From Jimgerdemannia flammicorona (Eukaryota): a stretch of DNA of 34,825 nucleotides. The notes under the pieces were generated by a model. That model made no database searches and was not told the DNA's origin. It saw only the letters and a list, made by a program, of their open reading frames with translations. Shown in pieces: positions 1 to 12,205 of this stretch. The translations under genes were made by a program, and so were the position numbers. Every line of letters begins with the position of its first letter. Position 1 is the stretch's first letter. The stretch spans positions 1-34,825 of the forward strand of contig RBNJ01000267.1 in NCBI GenBank assembly GCA_003990765.1, written 5' to 3'.

Positions 1-1344
1 TGGAGTGGGAAAAGACAATCGGGTCACTTAGCGAAAAGAAGTTTACTATGCATCGGTCTCTTTTTATGCCTGATTAGCTCTAATACGTCCATTCACGTCT
101 CCAATCTTTACGCGCCATAAACTAGCTCGAAAACAAAGGTAGATTCCAGCGCATTATTAAGGGAAACCGTCGAGAGTTCGTTCTGGCGCATCAGCAGCTC
201 ATGGGAAGCCTCCAAGTTGCATTACGGCGTACCATCAATTCATTGAGGGTTATCGAGGTTCGTACCAGCGCCGCGTATCAAGGAGTTGCCGAGGTCATTA
301 TAGCACGATAACAACTAGCCATCAAGAAAGGCCCCTGGACACATATCTGCTTATCATGGCGCATCGACACATTAAGCACCCTTTCCATCTTGGCGCACCA
401 TCGTATCAAGCATTCCGGCACACTAGAAAGAGAAAGTGGGAGTTGTGGCGTGCAGCCCATAGTCGGCCCGTCTTAGTCGGCCGATACTCTATAGTAATCA
501 GCGATAAACTCTTTCACTTGTGATCCTTCATTTCGTTTGTAATATAAAATATATCTTACCCTCCTCTACCGATGAAATATTGATATCGAAGTCACGTAGT
601 TATCAGTTCATGGTCATGAACCTAAAGTGTGAAATAAAATAGTCTTTCACACTCCAACAAACTATTGAAGAAATATTTTTGGCAGAGCATTCAATGTTTG
701 CAAACAGCATTTGTAATGCCTCGAACCATTCGGAACCTCCGTGATAATAATACTAATTACACTTGATGGCTTTTTCATGTGTAATAGGCTTCCACATACG
801 ACGGTACAAATATTCATTTTATATTTTATTAAATGATCTGTCAGCCGGTGCGTTGACGAAAATTAAGTAGTGATAGCGATACCATAATTCATCAACGCTG
901 GCAGTTAACCATATAGACAATATCGATTACAAAAATACACCTGCTCGCCTAAAATTCTCCATTGGATCAACAGACGTCCGCATTGTCTAAACGTTCCTTG
1001 ATAGAAGGCGCGTACGGCGAAAAAAGAACCGGCGTGTGTTGCTGTCAGGCAGAAATGGGATTTACGTTTGTCAAGTGAACGGTTGCGCGATATATGATAG
1101 AAGAACGTTTGTAGCTCTATAGTTTCACCTCTTATTGAACCAGTTAGATGATGAACCTTGTTGTTGGTATACATTGTTTGTGCGCATACACCTTGGTGGG
1201 ATTTTTTGGTGCAGATTCCGATTCGCCATCTTCAAGGTCATTGTTAGTACTGCTTTTTTTCTCGAGATGCATATTGCAAGCTTTTTGGTTGGAGAAAAGA
1301 GAAGCGGATTGTGGTAAAGTCGTGTGAGCTAGAGGAAAGGGAAT

Positions 1345-1475
1345 TTATGACGTCACACAGGAGACTTTGCCGTCACGACGGTAAGAAGATTATGGTGGCG
1401 TCACAGGCTCTGTCACGACGCCATCTGAATGTGACGTCACAGGCTCTGTTGTTCACGACGGTGACGTCACAGTCT
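1345..1475. promoter_or_regulatory. Cluster of CRE/ATF-like TGACGTCA palindromes within a short degenerate repeat
   Basis: TGACGTCA at 1348-1355, GTGACGTCAC at 1431-1440 and 1461-1470, variants TGCCGTCA (~1368) and TGGCGTCA (~1396), interleaved with repeated TCACGACG and CACAGGCTCTGT. Function is inferred only. Confidence 0.35.
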
Positions 1476-1772
1476 TCAGTCTTGATGGTGGCGTGTACTG
1501 TTGTATGTCACTACTGGGCGTTTATTTTATGGCCTTACTAACTCTCAATATCGATAATACCTATCACTGTACTTATTTTATATCAAACTACTCATTTGAT
1601 CGATGATGCTTCCATAGGAGCTGTTGCCATTGTCAGATGTCATATGTAATACTTTTTGAGACAGTGTGCCGTTGATATCTGTTTGTGGGGCGCGGAGTGT
1701 TTAATTTCAACAGTAGACGGCACTTCCAAATATGGAATTCACGTCATGTGAAGACCATTGGGATATAAGGAC

Positions 1773-2261
1773 ATGGGACATCATTTTATCATTTTATCCA
1801 CTATGGACAACAACACTACTCGATGCGATGTTTGGTACGAAGTACTTCACTTCGTTTTTAAAGAAACGTACGAGCCGACCGCTGACAATAACTTCGTCTC
1901 GTTCTCACCAGACTGCTGGGTCTGCAAAGGCGAGCCTGCTATGGAGTTGAATGTTATATCTACACTACCGTGCATGCACACATTTCACTTCGGATGCATT
2001 CAGCCCTGTCTTCGTTGCGAAAGCGTCGGCGCACATTGCCAACCACAGGCTTCAAAGTCGCCCGCTGTTACAACACAATTCCCGCTGCTTGTGTACAATG
2101 CAAATCGCTTGAGCATGTCGAACTACCCGGTGACTAGCATTTTTTTCGTATTTGTATGTCTCGAATGGGTATCATATATTTTGACACGCATTATGAGCTG
2201 TTATCACTTGGATAGTGACTTTGTGCCAATCAATAAAGCTCATTGGGTTTTCTCTGGGTAA
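1773..2261 (+). pseudogene. Degenerate RING-H2 zinc-finger ORF (E3 ligase-like)
   Basis: CWVC...LPCMHTFHFGCIQPCL...GAHC (1914-2039) fits C-x2-C..C-x-H-x2-H-x2-C..C-x2-C, except that ligand 7 is Gly (GGC vs TGC) and the conserved Trp is Cys (TGT vs TGG). Confidence 0.55.
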
Positions 2262-2328
2262 TTTGTGGCTTCGCATCGTCGTTGAAAACGCGCTCTTTCC
2301 ATGTAACGCACTTCTTGCACCCTGCTAA

Positions 2329-4088
2329 ATGGACCTTCGCCGAAGTGCTCGCACCACCCGTTCCCTATCCACCATGACCTCCAAATACTTCTCCGCCGCG
2401 CCGACCGTCGATGGTGCTTTGGCAAAACGAGAGCCCGTAGAATCTAGCACGGGCCTCGCCGACCGCGTGAAGCTCCGCTTGCGTACGCCGTCCGCCGTCG
2501 TCAAACCCGAGCAAACCACCACAGCCATTGACTCTGACTCGTCGGTCCTGACCCCACCGCAAACACCATCCTCGCGCGCGCGCAAACACGTTGAAATCGC
2601 CGTTGAGAAGTCGGAGGCACCGTCGTTACCTTCTCCACGCAAAAAGGCCCGCACCAGGACAACCTCCACCGGTTCCAGCGTCGCAGCGCCGGCTACAGCA
2701 CCCGTGGGCTGGGAGACCACGTATGATTTGATTAAACGGTATCGAGCAACGACTATCGCGCCTGTGGATACGATGGGATGCGAGAGGCTGGCGGAGGTGG
2801 GGGAGAATGTGGATCCCAAGGTCGGTAGGGCAATTAGTTTGGGCCGTTTATCGTATCCATATATGCTATAGGCACATGAGGCGAAACCCTCACATCCATT
2901 TATCACGCCACCCAGACGACTCGCTTCCAAACGCTGGTCTCCCTGATGCTCTCTTCGCAGACCAAGGACCAAGTAACTGCTGCCGCCATCGCGAATCTCC
3001 GGGCCCGGCTTCCCGGCGGGCTGACGCTGAAGAGCGTGCTCGAGTGCGACGCCAATTTATTACAAAGCTGCATATGCAAGGTCGGATTTCACTCAAGGAA
3101 GACAGAGTAGGTTTGCTTGATAGGTGCCGGAGCGATATGAATATGGGATGGTTAGAGGAATATTGTTGTGAGCATTGGCGAATCTACGAATCATATATTG
3201 TGTCTCATACGAATACCTCATCCCATACCATATCAGCTACATTAAGCAAGCCGCACGCATCTGCCAGGAGCAGCACGGCGGCGACATACCCGACACGATC
3301 GAGGGGCTGATGGGTCTACCTGGCGTTGGGCCGAAGATGGTGAGTTGGCTAGAGATAGAGATAGTAGCAGAGCTAACGGTCGTTAGGATAGAATGAGTAT
3401 GTGGGCCATTACCGGTTCTAGTCTCATGTGAGCTGCCAATCGCGTTTATTCCTTCGTACCCAGGGGTACTTGGCTCTCCAGTGCGCGTGGAACAAGTAAG
3501 CCTTACCATCTTTGCTAATCTGGGAAGCGGCAAATCCCGGAGCGAGATTTTATACCCTTATTCCATTCATATCATCTTCCAGAAACGCCGGCATTGGAGT
3601 AGACGTCCACGTGCACCGGATTACCAACCGGCTTGGATGGTGTGATACCGAGAAGGGTGGGCCAGAGGCGACTCGCAAGGTTCGTTGTTTTCTTTAACAT
3701 TTGATTGGGTTGTTTCACGTGATCTGACGAGTGAATATCGTGCCTACCAACCTTCTTACCCATTCAATCCTCTACTTCTCAGGCCCTTGAATCTTGGCTT
3801 CTCCCCACGCACTGGCAAGCCATCAACCCGTTACTCGTTGGCTTCGGGCAAACGACGTGTCTCCCTCGGGGCCCGCGGTGTGAGGAGTGTCCCGTGCGTC
3901 AGAGGTGCCCATCGGCGAGGAAGTACATAAAGTTGAAAAGGGTAAAGAGGGAGATAAAGGTTGAGGAGGGGATTGTGAAAGTAGAGGTAAAGGAGGAGGC
4001 CATGGTGAAGCGAGAGGTCGAAGAGGAGAAGGAAGAGGCGGCGGAGGCGGAGGCGGAGGCGATAGTTAAGGAGGAGATAGAGTGGTAG
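2329..4088 (+). CDS. NTH1: Endonuclease III homolog (NTH1/NTHL1-type bifunctional DNA glycosylase/AP lyase), 6 exons, ~406 aa
   Basis: Exons 2329-2820, 2916-3106, 3237-3339, 3464-3495, 3583-3679, 3783-4088 with GT..AG introns splice in frame. Motifs: APVDTMGCE, RFQTLVSLMLSSQTKDQVT, HhH LPGVGPKM (catalytic K), GIGVDVHVHRI (catalytic D), and the [4Fe-4S] motif CLPRGPRCEECPVRQRC. Confidence 0.96.
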
Positions 4089-6448
4089 TGGAAATGGGTG
4101 GTGATATGTTTCACAGCGGTTACTAATGACTCATTACGGGCGAATGGTGTTGTTGAATCCAATGTGGTCGCAGCATACGGCGTGGCCGGATTGGATGGGC
4201 GTGGACTCCATAATGTATTTTTTTTTTCGCATCGACGTGTCCATAGTGATTAGCAGTGCCAATATTGTCTATCCAATTTGGAAACCAGCTCAAGTATAAA
4301 TTCGGCAGGCCGCGAAACAAAATTCCCAAACGACGTTAAGAACGGTTTTCCATGCACTGCTTGTAATGAAAGCGTCTTGCGTTGACATTATAGTTTTTTC
4401 AAATTTAAACCGCTATCCTGCGTTGAGGGTACAAATTGGATGATAAATTAGAGACGCCTATCCAGCCAACTGCTCAACCCACACCACAATATATTTACAT
4501 GACCACAGATGATCTTTGTCAGCATTGTATACGTGGCCCCCCAGTTTGTCTCGATTGAGACGCGGAAGGAGTCACAAAGCGTCGAGTGTCGAACGGGGTG
4601 GGATGTGTGACAAAAAGCAAGAAAATAGGAGAAGGGTGACATGTACGAGAATACCGTAGATGATAGAGAGGATGCTTAGTTGAGGATGATGCTACCAATA
4701 CTGTAATTGGGGCACCTGCAACACATCATTTATTATTCACGATCTCGTCGGTCTTTCTTACGTATCCGATCCCTATCCGGCCTCTTTAACGCTGCGGCGG
4801 AGTAGGTCTTTCGGTATGGAGATAAGAGAATAGTCAATGCTATCTGTGAAGACAGAGAAAAAAAAAAAAAGAGATGTTAAAGTTGTGTCCAATCTGATTC
4901 AGATCACATACGCAAACCGCCAAAGGTGTTAGTTGTTTCGCCTTAGCGCTCTTCCACGAAGCCGACGAACGGGCACGTAGAGTAAAAACCGCGGATAAAT
5001 TTAGGAACGTCTGGGTGGAGTTTAGCGGAGGGACCGAGTTGGCGATTTCCATCACGAAATGCTTTTGGGTATTTGTATCTAGCAATTCAAAAAAAAAAAC
5101 TTCTCTTATGCTTTGTATCTATATTGAATTTATATCTCCTCATGCTGCCGAGGCTAAGACAAACACCATGCAAAGAAAGCTTGCGGAATAATTGGAAGGA
5201 AAATAGTGGCTCCGCGGTCAATTCCTTCCAGTAGACAAGTGCTCCGAACGGGACGGGACATTGTCGTTCTACGTGCCAATCCGAGATTATCCACATGCGA
5301 CAGAAAAATGGAGGACGAAGCTTCTTCTAATGCATTAGAGTAGCCCTATTGACTAATCCAAACAACTTGGGCGCCAGTAAAGAGTTTGTGGGATGCTGAA
5401 ACCACGCTATTGTTAACCATGTCACTTGAGCCAATGGAAACGGGGCGCACAACGATCAACTGCTTGTCACTCTGAAACATCAAAGGTATTCTCGAGTCGC
5501 TCATGCTCGACCTTGCCTTTGTCTTCAAGAAATAAATGGAGCCAAAGTCGTTGTCATAAACCTGCTTGCCCGCGCGACAACACTTCCCAAACCACAATTT
5601 TGTCTTGATCGCGGCAGGTGTTGGGTATAGGCCATCGGAACACTCATATCGCAAGCCATTCCCCCTCAATGAATTTTGCGCATCAATACCGCCCTCTCCC
5701 ATCTCTTCGAAGCTTGCGGTTGATAAGATTCGTTTGAAACCTCTGCTAACGTTTTGGTTACAACGTTTTCAAGTAATATTTTTGCTGACACGACGCGAAT
5801 ATGGGTTCGACAAGCCATTTAAACCACCACAATTCACGGATCCGATCCTGAAACGCGGCTTCAATCGACTAAAACACGGAATGTCCGTCCCTTGCGCACG
5901 TTATCCATGCAGGTGTGTATGACAAAGTCGCAGTAACAAACATCGGTAGAACACTTCTATAGAAACTCTTTCTTTTTGGCTCTCTTTTTGCGACGTTGTG
6001 CCGCGTGGGGTGTACCCAAGGTACGGAGGCTGTTGACTGTCGTGTTTGAATTTTCGTCTCTCTTTCGAAGACCTTCTTTTATTTCGCAATGGGGTAGTAA
6101 GTTGTGGCAACAAACAATATAAAAAAATAAGTAAAGGAACCCCTTGCCAACCAAAGGTCGATCAGTCGGTTCAATTTGCTTTAGACTGGCCTACAATTCA
6201 CCACACATATGGGGGAATCATGTGTTGTAAATAACGTACGCACTTGCAAGGAATTTTCTTCAGTTATTGTGTCAAGATGTAATTTCGAAATGTGTCCAGG
6301 CCAGATTTTAATAACAACATATATTTACAATCATCAAGCCGGAAAGATAAAATAGCGGATCGATGTCCGAGTACCGGAAAACTGACAAAAATACAAATAT
6401 ATAACAAAGCAAGGGAACGTTCGCCTTACTGAACGAAGCAATTTTTTG

Positions 6449-7303
6449 TTAAATCATCTGGTCATCCTCAGGATCCCTCAGGAACTCCACCAGTCTCGCG
6501 ATCCTCACGTTCACGTCCTCGTCCGCCTTCAGCACAATCGCCCGACACTCGCGGCGATCGAAATCTTCGGCTGGGCCCTTTGGCCACAACTCCAACCCCG
6601 TTAATGCCGGAGTAACCGAAAGCAGTGCGCGACCGGGACACCGGTTCCGGATTCGGTGAGAGCCGCGCGCGCTCTGGACAGCAAGACGCCGGAGACGGGG
6701 TAGGACAACGTCCTCGGCTTCGTAGGACACAAAAGAGCGAATGCTGAACCGTCCGCATCTGTCGAGGATGGTCAGGCTTGTCAGCGTCTTGAAGGAGGTG
6801 AGAGTTGCCATCACGCGGGGTACTACAGTGACGATCTTGCAATCGAAGATCGCCTCGTGCACATTTTTTAGCTGCTTCGTCATAGCCGCGAGCCGGAAAC
6901 TGCATGTAGCATGGCGGATGATTATTTTTGGCGTGTTTGGAAGTGACGTAAGGACAAAGTCGATGAGCTCGCCAATGGGGTTGTCGAAGAACTTGATCTC
7001 TTGTATGGTGCCGTCGAGCGTCGGAAGCTGGGCCTTGATCTCCTGGCAGATGGATATGCGGGCTCGGTTAGTGCCGTTAGATACGACAGGAAACAAGTTC
7101 GCATCCACGACCAGCTGGCGGACGGAGGGGTAGAGCGTCGGCGGGAATGGGCAGTTGCGCAAGACCAGGCTGCCGAAGTGCTTGGACCTTGACGCGAAGT
7201 GTAGGTGGCGGCTCGCCATGTTGAAATTCTTGAGGTCGACGCCGTGGAGGTACGAGACTATGGACTCGAGCACCGGATAGACATTGGCGATGTGGGTGGG
7301 CAT
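6449..7303 (-). CDS. F-box-like protein with degenerate LRR-like C-terminal region, single exon, 284 aa
   Basis: Open 284-aa ORF with GC-rich codons. The N-terminus VYPVLESIVSYLHGVDLKNFNMASRHLH resembles the F-box consensus; downstream LxxLxL-type segments (LTSFKTLTSLTI, LPRLRRLAV, ALTGLEL). Confidence 0.7.
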   Translation of the reverse strand: MPTHIANVYPVLESIVSYLHGVDLKNFNMASRHLHFASRSKHFGSLVLRNCPFPPTLYPSVRQLVVDANLFPVVSNGTNRARISICQEIKAQLPTLDGTIQEIKFFDNPIGELIDFVLTSLPNTPKIIIRHATCSFRLAAMTKQLKNVHEAIFDCKIVTVVPRVMATLTSFKTLTSLTILDRCGRFSIRSFVSYEAEDVVLPRLRRLAVQSARGSHRIRNRCPGRALLSVTPALTGLELWPKGPAEDFDRRECRAIVLKADEDVNVRIARLVEFLRDPEDDQMI

Positions 7304-8021
7304 AGTTTGCGGAGATATATTGTATGTATTGACAAAAGTTTAGTATATATACATCCTTTCTATGGCGCAGCGTGTTCGCCGTCGTCAAGTAAGCTCGTGA
7401 CCCCCATCATAAACCTACGTCACATAATTAATTACTTGGTGAACGCATGTATATATATACTTAAATGTAATTATAGCGCAGGTATTCAATGGTACTCAAT
7501 GTACCATACCAAAGTTTGTGATGCTGGATCAGGGCACCTACACGACTTTGCGGGAGTGTTGGTTTACCGCGAAATTGAACGGACGTCGCGAGAAACGCAG
7601 GAATGGCGATGATTGGCTCGTAATGAATGCAACGAGGCAAACCTAGACATAGGGAACTACAACTCTCGAAAAGAAAACTTTAATGAGAATTGGCGGCATT
7701 GTAAGAACTCCGCCTAAGGGCTCGCTTTTGCAAAGGCGAAACCGGTTTTGACTTGAACATTTTTTTTTTTTTGTAAATTATATAGAATCGCCAAAATAAA
7801 ATATATGTAGGAAAATCCGAAGCGCACTCAAACTCGTACCGACACACACACATACCCGCACACACAATCGCTCATTCGCACAATATATCTACCTCCCGAA
7901 ATAACAAGAGACGTAAACCAGATGAAGACCTCAACCTCTCCAACCCACCCAATCGGCACCAAGTCCCATTGACACCGATGAAAATCAGCGAAAGCATTTA
8001 TAGACTTAGTACATATTATCG

Positions 8022-8403
8022 ATGGATTTCATAGCAAACCGGGCCGCCGTCATTTTGTGTCGAAGCTTCGTAATGAGTTCCCTAATGACACTCTTAACGA
8101 TTATTTGGCTCAGTAAGATTTACGATGGACCCTGCGCCACCCCTTCCCAATATGTGGACTTTTGAAATTTAGAACGTATGTGGAATACAAAACCCCCCCA
8201 GAAATGGACGTTTAGCCTTTGTAATAATGTATTGGTTGTTTGTGACTTAGACATGGGCTTCCGAAATTGGATCGCTGTTGCCAGTTCATTTCTACAAGTA
8301 ATCCATTGGTCTGCCGATTCTACGGTTTTGTCATCCTTTTTCAGAAATCTGGTAACACTCGATATTATATTAATAAGGCGAGCTTGGAGTCCACCAATCA
8401 AGC

Positions 8404-8455
<52 letters not shown>

Positions 8456-9330
8456 AAAAAACAGGTGGACCATCGTCCATTATTAATTGGATTTCCATAC
8501 AGCGGATTACTGGCTTAGATCTCTGTCATTATAGGCTTGTCGCCACCTATTCCTCCTGACATCAAAGTTACGCTTCCTAAACACAGTGTCGGGTTTATCT
8601 TGGACGGAGCCGTCATGGCCTTAGCTCTTCAGGCGCTTTGGGATGTCGTCTTGTCTTGGAGCCGTATCCCGCACAAGAAGGTCGTCATATTTACGACCAC
8701 ACTTGCCGATGTTTTGTGCTCGGTATGATGGATATCGCATTCTTCCACATCAGCATGACCGTCGCAGACTGGATCCTGCCATCGCGAGCGACCGCAGTGT
8801 TGATATTTAAACCTAAATTTGCGATGGTTATGGAGTGTAGGTTTGTGGCGATTAGATTTGGTGCCGGTGTAGCAGACACTATACTGACATATGCCAGAGA
8901 TGGCCCTCCGGGCGTCCAATGCATTCACAAACAGGATCTCGGCTTTGGACTAGCCTGGGTTTCCATCGAACCTACTGTTGACATTTATGTAACCGCCGCA
9001 ATTATTTTCTACCTCAAAGTCCACAGCACTAAGCTTGAATGGAAGCTAAGCGACCTGTTCTCCGCCTTCGTTTCTTCCAACCTACTCCGTACCGCTGTTC
9101 TCTTGGTCGTCAACAGTGCTACGGTTCTCATGCTCTTCGACCCTTCCGTCAGGCCATGGATGTATACCATCTTTCGTTCTGCAAACATTGCGTACATTCT
9201 GACCGTCGCCTACGATTCGGATATTTTTGAGATGGTGGTAAAGATGCAGGGTAAGATTTCTCAGCCAAGACAGTTTCCGAGCCTCCGGCGGAGTCTGATG
9301 TTGACCATGGACGCCAGGCCTATGTTCTAA
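8022..9330 (+). pseudogene. Disrupted multi-pass (7TM/GPCR-like) membrane protein gene
   Basis: Hydrophobic reading frame from ATG 8022 with an in-frame TGA near 8163, continuing to ~8400. Further hydrophobic segments at 8537-8725 and 8725-9330 are joined by a 1-nt frameshift near 8723. The last part has IEPTVDIYVTAAIIFYL and NLLRTAVLLVVNSATVL helices. Confidence 0.5.
8404..8453. repeat. Adjacent poly(T)16-poly(A)34 homopolymer
   Basis: Direct reading of the sequence. Confidence 0.9.
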
Positions 9331-10422
9331 TCGATATCTGATGCAATGGGAGAATGAAGGGCCAAATTGCTCTCTACTCTCATATATCACGGAGCATTCA
9401 GCGTGCAATGTCCTTTAATTCTTTCAGATTAGTAGTCTAGTGTTTAATAATGCGGACTCGCCCAATTTCCCCAAGACTAAAATTAGGTTTCTTTTGCCTA
9501 GTCGTCGGTTCTGTTTCTTTCTATTTTCTTTTCTTTTATTTTCTTTTCTTTTATCACTTTTTCGCTTTTCGTATTTTCTCTGATCATTTATGCAAGTCGA
9601 TGGCTCTTGTATGAGTGTACGCGATTGTGTACGCTTTGCAACAAAAGCTTTGCCGGAGTCCGATTTATTAGATAAGAGGCGGTTCAATATGTCTGCCATG
9701 ATAATTAATGAAACGTGTAATCCTTCACGACCCAGTTTCTCATTGAATTAGGAATCATCGTAACTTCGTCAAGGAAGGCACGCGTTCTTACATAGTATTA
9801 GTTAGCATAGGAGTATAGGAATCTATAAATATGAGGGCTTCCAATCTCTATTATCATCAAAAACGACAGGTTCATTTCCAAGCTTGACTGGTCGCCCTGT
9901 GATATTTAATTACCACAAAGATTTACAGACGAAACCATCTCCAAAGGCTCCCACAAATCTTTGCAGGATACAGGACATGGTTATGTTTTGTTGAAGTGTG
10001 TGTTTGCAGCGATAAGATTCCCTGCCCTCATTCTTTTCACCGTCTCGCATAAACCGCCGCAGGATTTTTCTCGAATTCACATGTGTTTGTTCGAAACCGA
10101 CATGTATCAGAGAGAGGGGGACACATGTGTTATATACAAATTGATTCATGACTCCTTATTTGTTACCGTTCCAATTCCGAGAGACATTGATATCGTCCTT
10201 GCCTGCTGTGTAGTCCTTAGTAGTATACTGCGAACATTTCCAGTCTTTCGAATATATTATTAACGTAGCAAGCACAGACAACGGCAGGACTTGGCGGCGT
10301 GATTTGCGACAGTGTTCACTCTAAAGAATCTCTCTGGCTGCCGATTTTGTATCCCGATCCTCACACACTGCGAGGCCCGGTTTGTTATTAAGTCCACCAA
10401 CAATATCATGATGAAAAAATTT

Positions 10423-10596
10423 GGACATCTGGGGGCACCCCAGATACAATGCAATCTTAGATGTGTAGATGTCTTAGATGCCAGGTGTCACCTAGAATAT
10501 GCTCGATATCTCAAATGCAGATGTCCGCGATACGATGTGATGTAGATGTCCGCGATGCAGATGTCCACGATGCAGATGTCAGGGTTCCCTGATGTC
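10423..10596. repeat. GATGTC-rich degenerate tandem repeat (TGCAGATGTCCGCGA units); possible DNA-transposon end
   Basis: Repeated AGATGTC and tgcagatgtccRcga, ending in the near-palindrome CAGGGTTCCCTG; lies at the gene/TE border. Confidence 0.5.
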
Positions 10597-10965
10597 TTAT
10601 GTATCTTTATATGTTATGCATACCTACTGTACACTAACTAGATTTATTAATTTATAGATAATATATATCAGAAAGAGTGATATTGTATATTTAGTATAAC
10701 TAAAATAGAATGAGATATATACTGAATATAAAACATATTTGTTATTATTAAAGAGAATCTTATTGAGCAAATATTTTATATTATTAGAGAATTTACTAAT
10801 ATGTTCAGAGTTATAAATATCAATTATATATTGTAAGAATTGTTAAAAAGATAAGACCAGTTGATTTTGTCAGAATGATTAGCTTTTTATATTTATTAAT
10901 CTATTCATACTCTGTAAAATTACTATAATCTTTTTGTAATAAAACTATATACTGATAGAATTAAT

Positions 10966-11414
10966 ATGTTATAGATAATCAAGATTGACTATTGGCCCTA
11001 AGTTCAGAGTTCTTGTAAGGAAGTGCTATGTTCCAATTGTCTATTATAGCAGTAAAGTCTACATATCACTTTTGGATTCTTATATTGGTGGTGGAGGTAC
11101 TGTACTTATATCTCAAGTTGATCAGACTCAGAATTGTTAATAAGTTGAATCTGAGAGTTTTTTTTGATAAGAATACTGCTTTATTCTTATAGTTAGAGAA
11201 AGTAAAGCTGAGGTTATAATATACTCAGTATAGAGGATATCTATATAAATTCAAAGCTATGACTAAATATAGTATACTGGGTATATATATAATTATGCTA
11301 TATTTAGTATCTATAACTACTAATTGAAAATTCTATAGAAATTTCTATAAGAATTTCTGTTAAAATTTCTATTGGAATTTCTGATGACTTTTAGGTATAT
11401 AATGATTTATTACA
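10966..11414 (-). mobile_element. Probable 3' LTR of the chromodomain Ty3/Gypsy element (left boundary uncertain)
   Basis: On the minus strand a purine tract (AAAGAAAGAAAGGA, 11415-11428) directly precedes TGTAATAAATC, i.e. PPT plus TG LTR start. Internal GGAATTTC-type repeats. Confidence 0.35.
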
Positions 11415-11817
11415 TCCTTTCTTTCTTTGTCTGAACCTACTTATTAGATTTAGTACTAAACTTTAGATATTTATCAAACTGAAGAGCAGTATACTGAACT
11501 ATTTGAAAGATGATATTACTCTATTATTCATTTAATATTCTCAGAGAATACTCTATAGAGATAGTCAAGAACTTGGAGTTGAGTACAGAAAAGGACATAA
11601 AGTCTTTTAGTAATAATATAAATACAGTTGTTAATGAAAAAGTAGGCTCATATCTTAGTATTAATAAGAGTAGCTTATTGATAGATAAGGCATCTGATCT
11701 CATAGTACTTCTTTAATTTTTATTAATAGTAAAAGATCTGAAAATATTGAATTCTTCTAAGATATTGTTGGACTTCATTTGGGTCTGGATCTTTAGAGAT
11801 TTATATATTGATAAAGA

Positions 11818-12205
11818 TAGTACTCCTAATGAATCGAATTGAATCGAATTTGGCCCAAACTCGATTTGATTCCATCAAATCAAGGGTCCAATTCGATTTG
11901 ATTTGATTTGAATCAAATCAAAGGTCTAATTCGATTCAAAGTTTGATTCAAACCTTAATTTTCAAAATGTAATAACTCGACGAAAACTCATCCAAATTTA
12001 ACATATTTTAGCTTGTTAGATTCACCGTATTAATGTGATTCTAACAAGCTAAAGTACGTTAGATTTGGATGGGTTTACGCTGAGTTATTGCATTTTGAAA
12101 TTTAGGGTTTAAATCAGACCCTCAATTCGATTTGACTTTTGATTCAACTCATTTAACCCTCAATTTGATTCAATTCGAATTGATTTGACTCATTTGGGAG
12201 CACTA
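11818..12205. mobile_element. hAT-type MITE, 388 bp, largely palindromic
   Basis: TIRs TAGTACTCCTAATGA / TCATTTGGGAGCACTA; 8-bp TSD GATAAAGA (11810-11817) vs GATAGAGG (12206-12213), differing only by G/A; subterminal (GAATC/GATTC)n; long internal inverted repeat centred near 12030. Confidence 0.85.

Noticed and set aside
1..1270. Decayed minus-strand gene, possibly paralogous to 5100-5900 (ELWY.. / ELWW.. segments)
   Set aside because: Similarity is too weak by eye, with several stops and no recognisable domain; needs tBLASTx.
2325..2972. 215-aa antisense ORF and other ORFs overlapping NTH1 or the F-box gene
   Set aside because: Shadow frames of GC-rich coding sequence.
8723..8753. Small intron rescuing the membrane-gene frameshift
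   Set aside because: The GT..AG candidate is only 31 nt and does not restore the downstream frame.
9640..9720. TASYLINRTP on the minus strand resembling a Ty1/Copia integrase C-terminus
   Set aside because: Isolated short match with no flanking integrase motifs.
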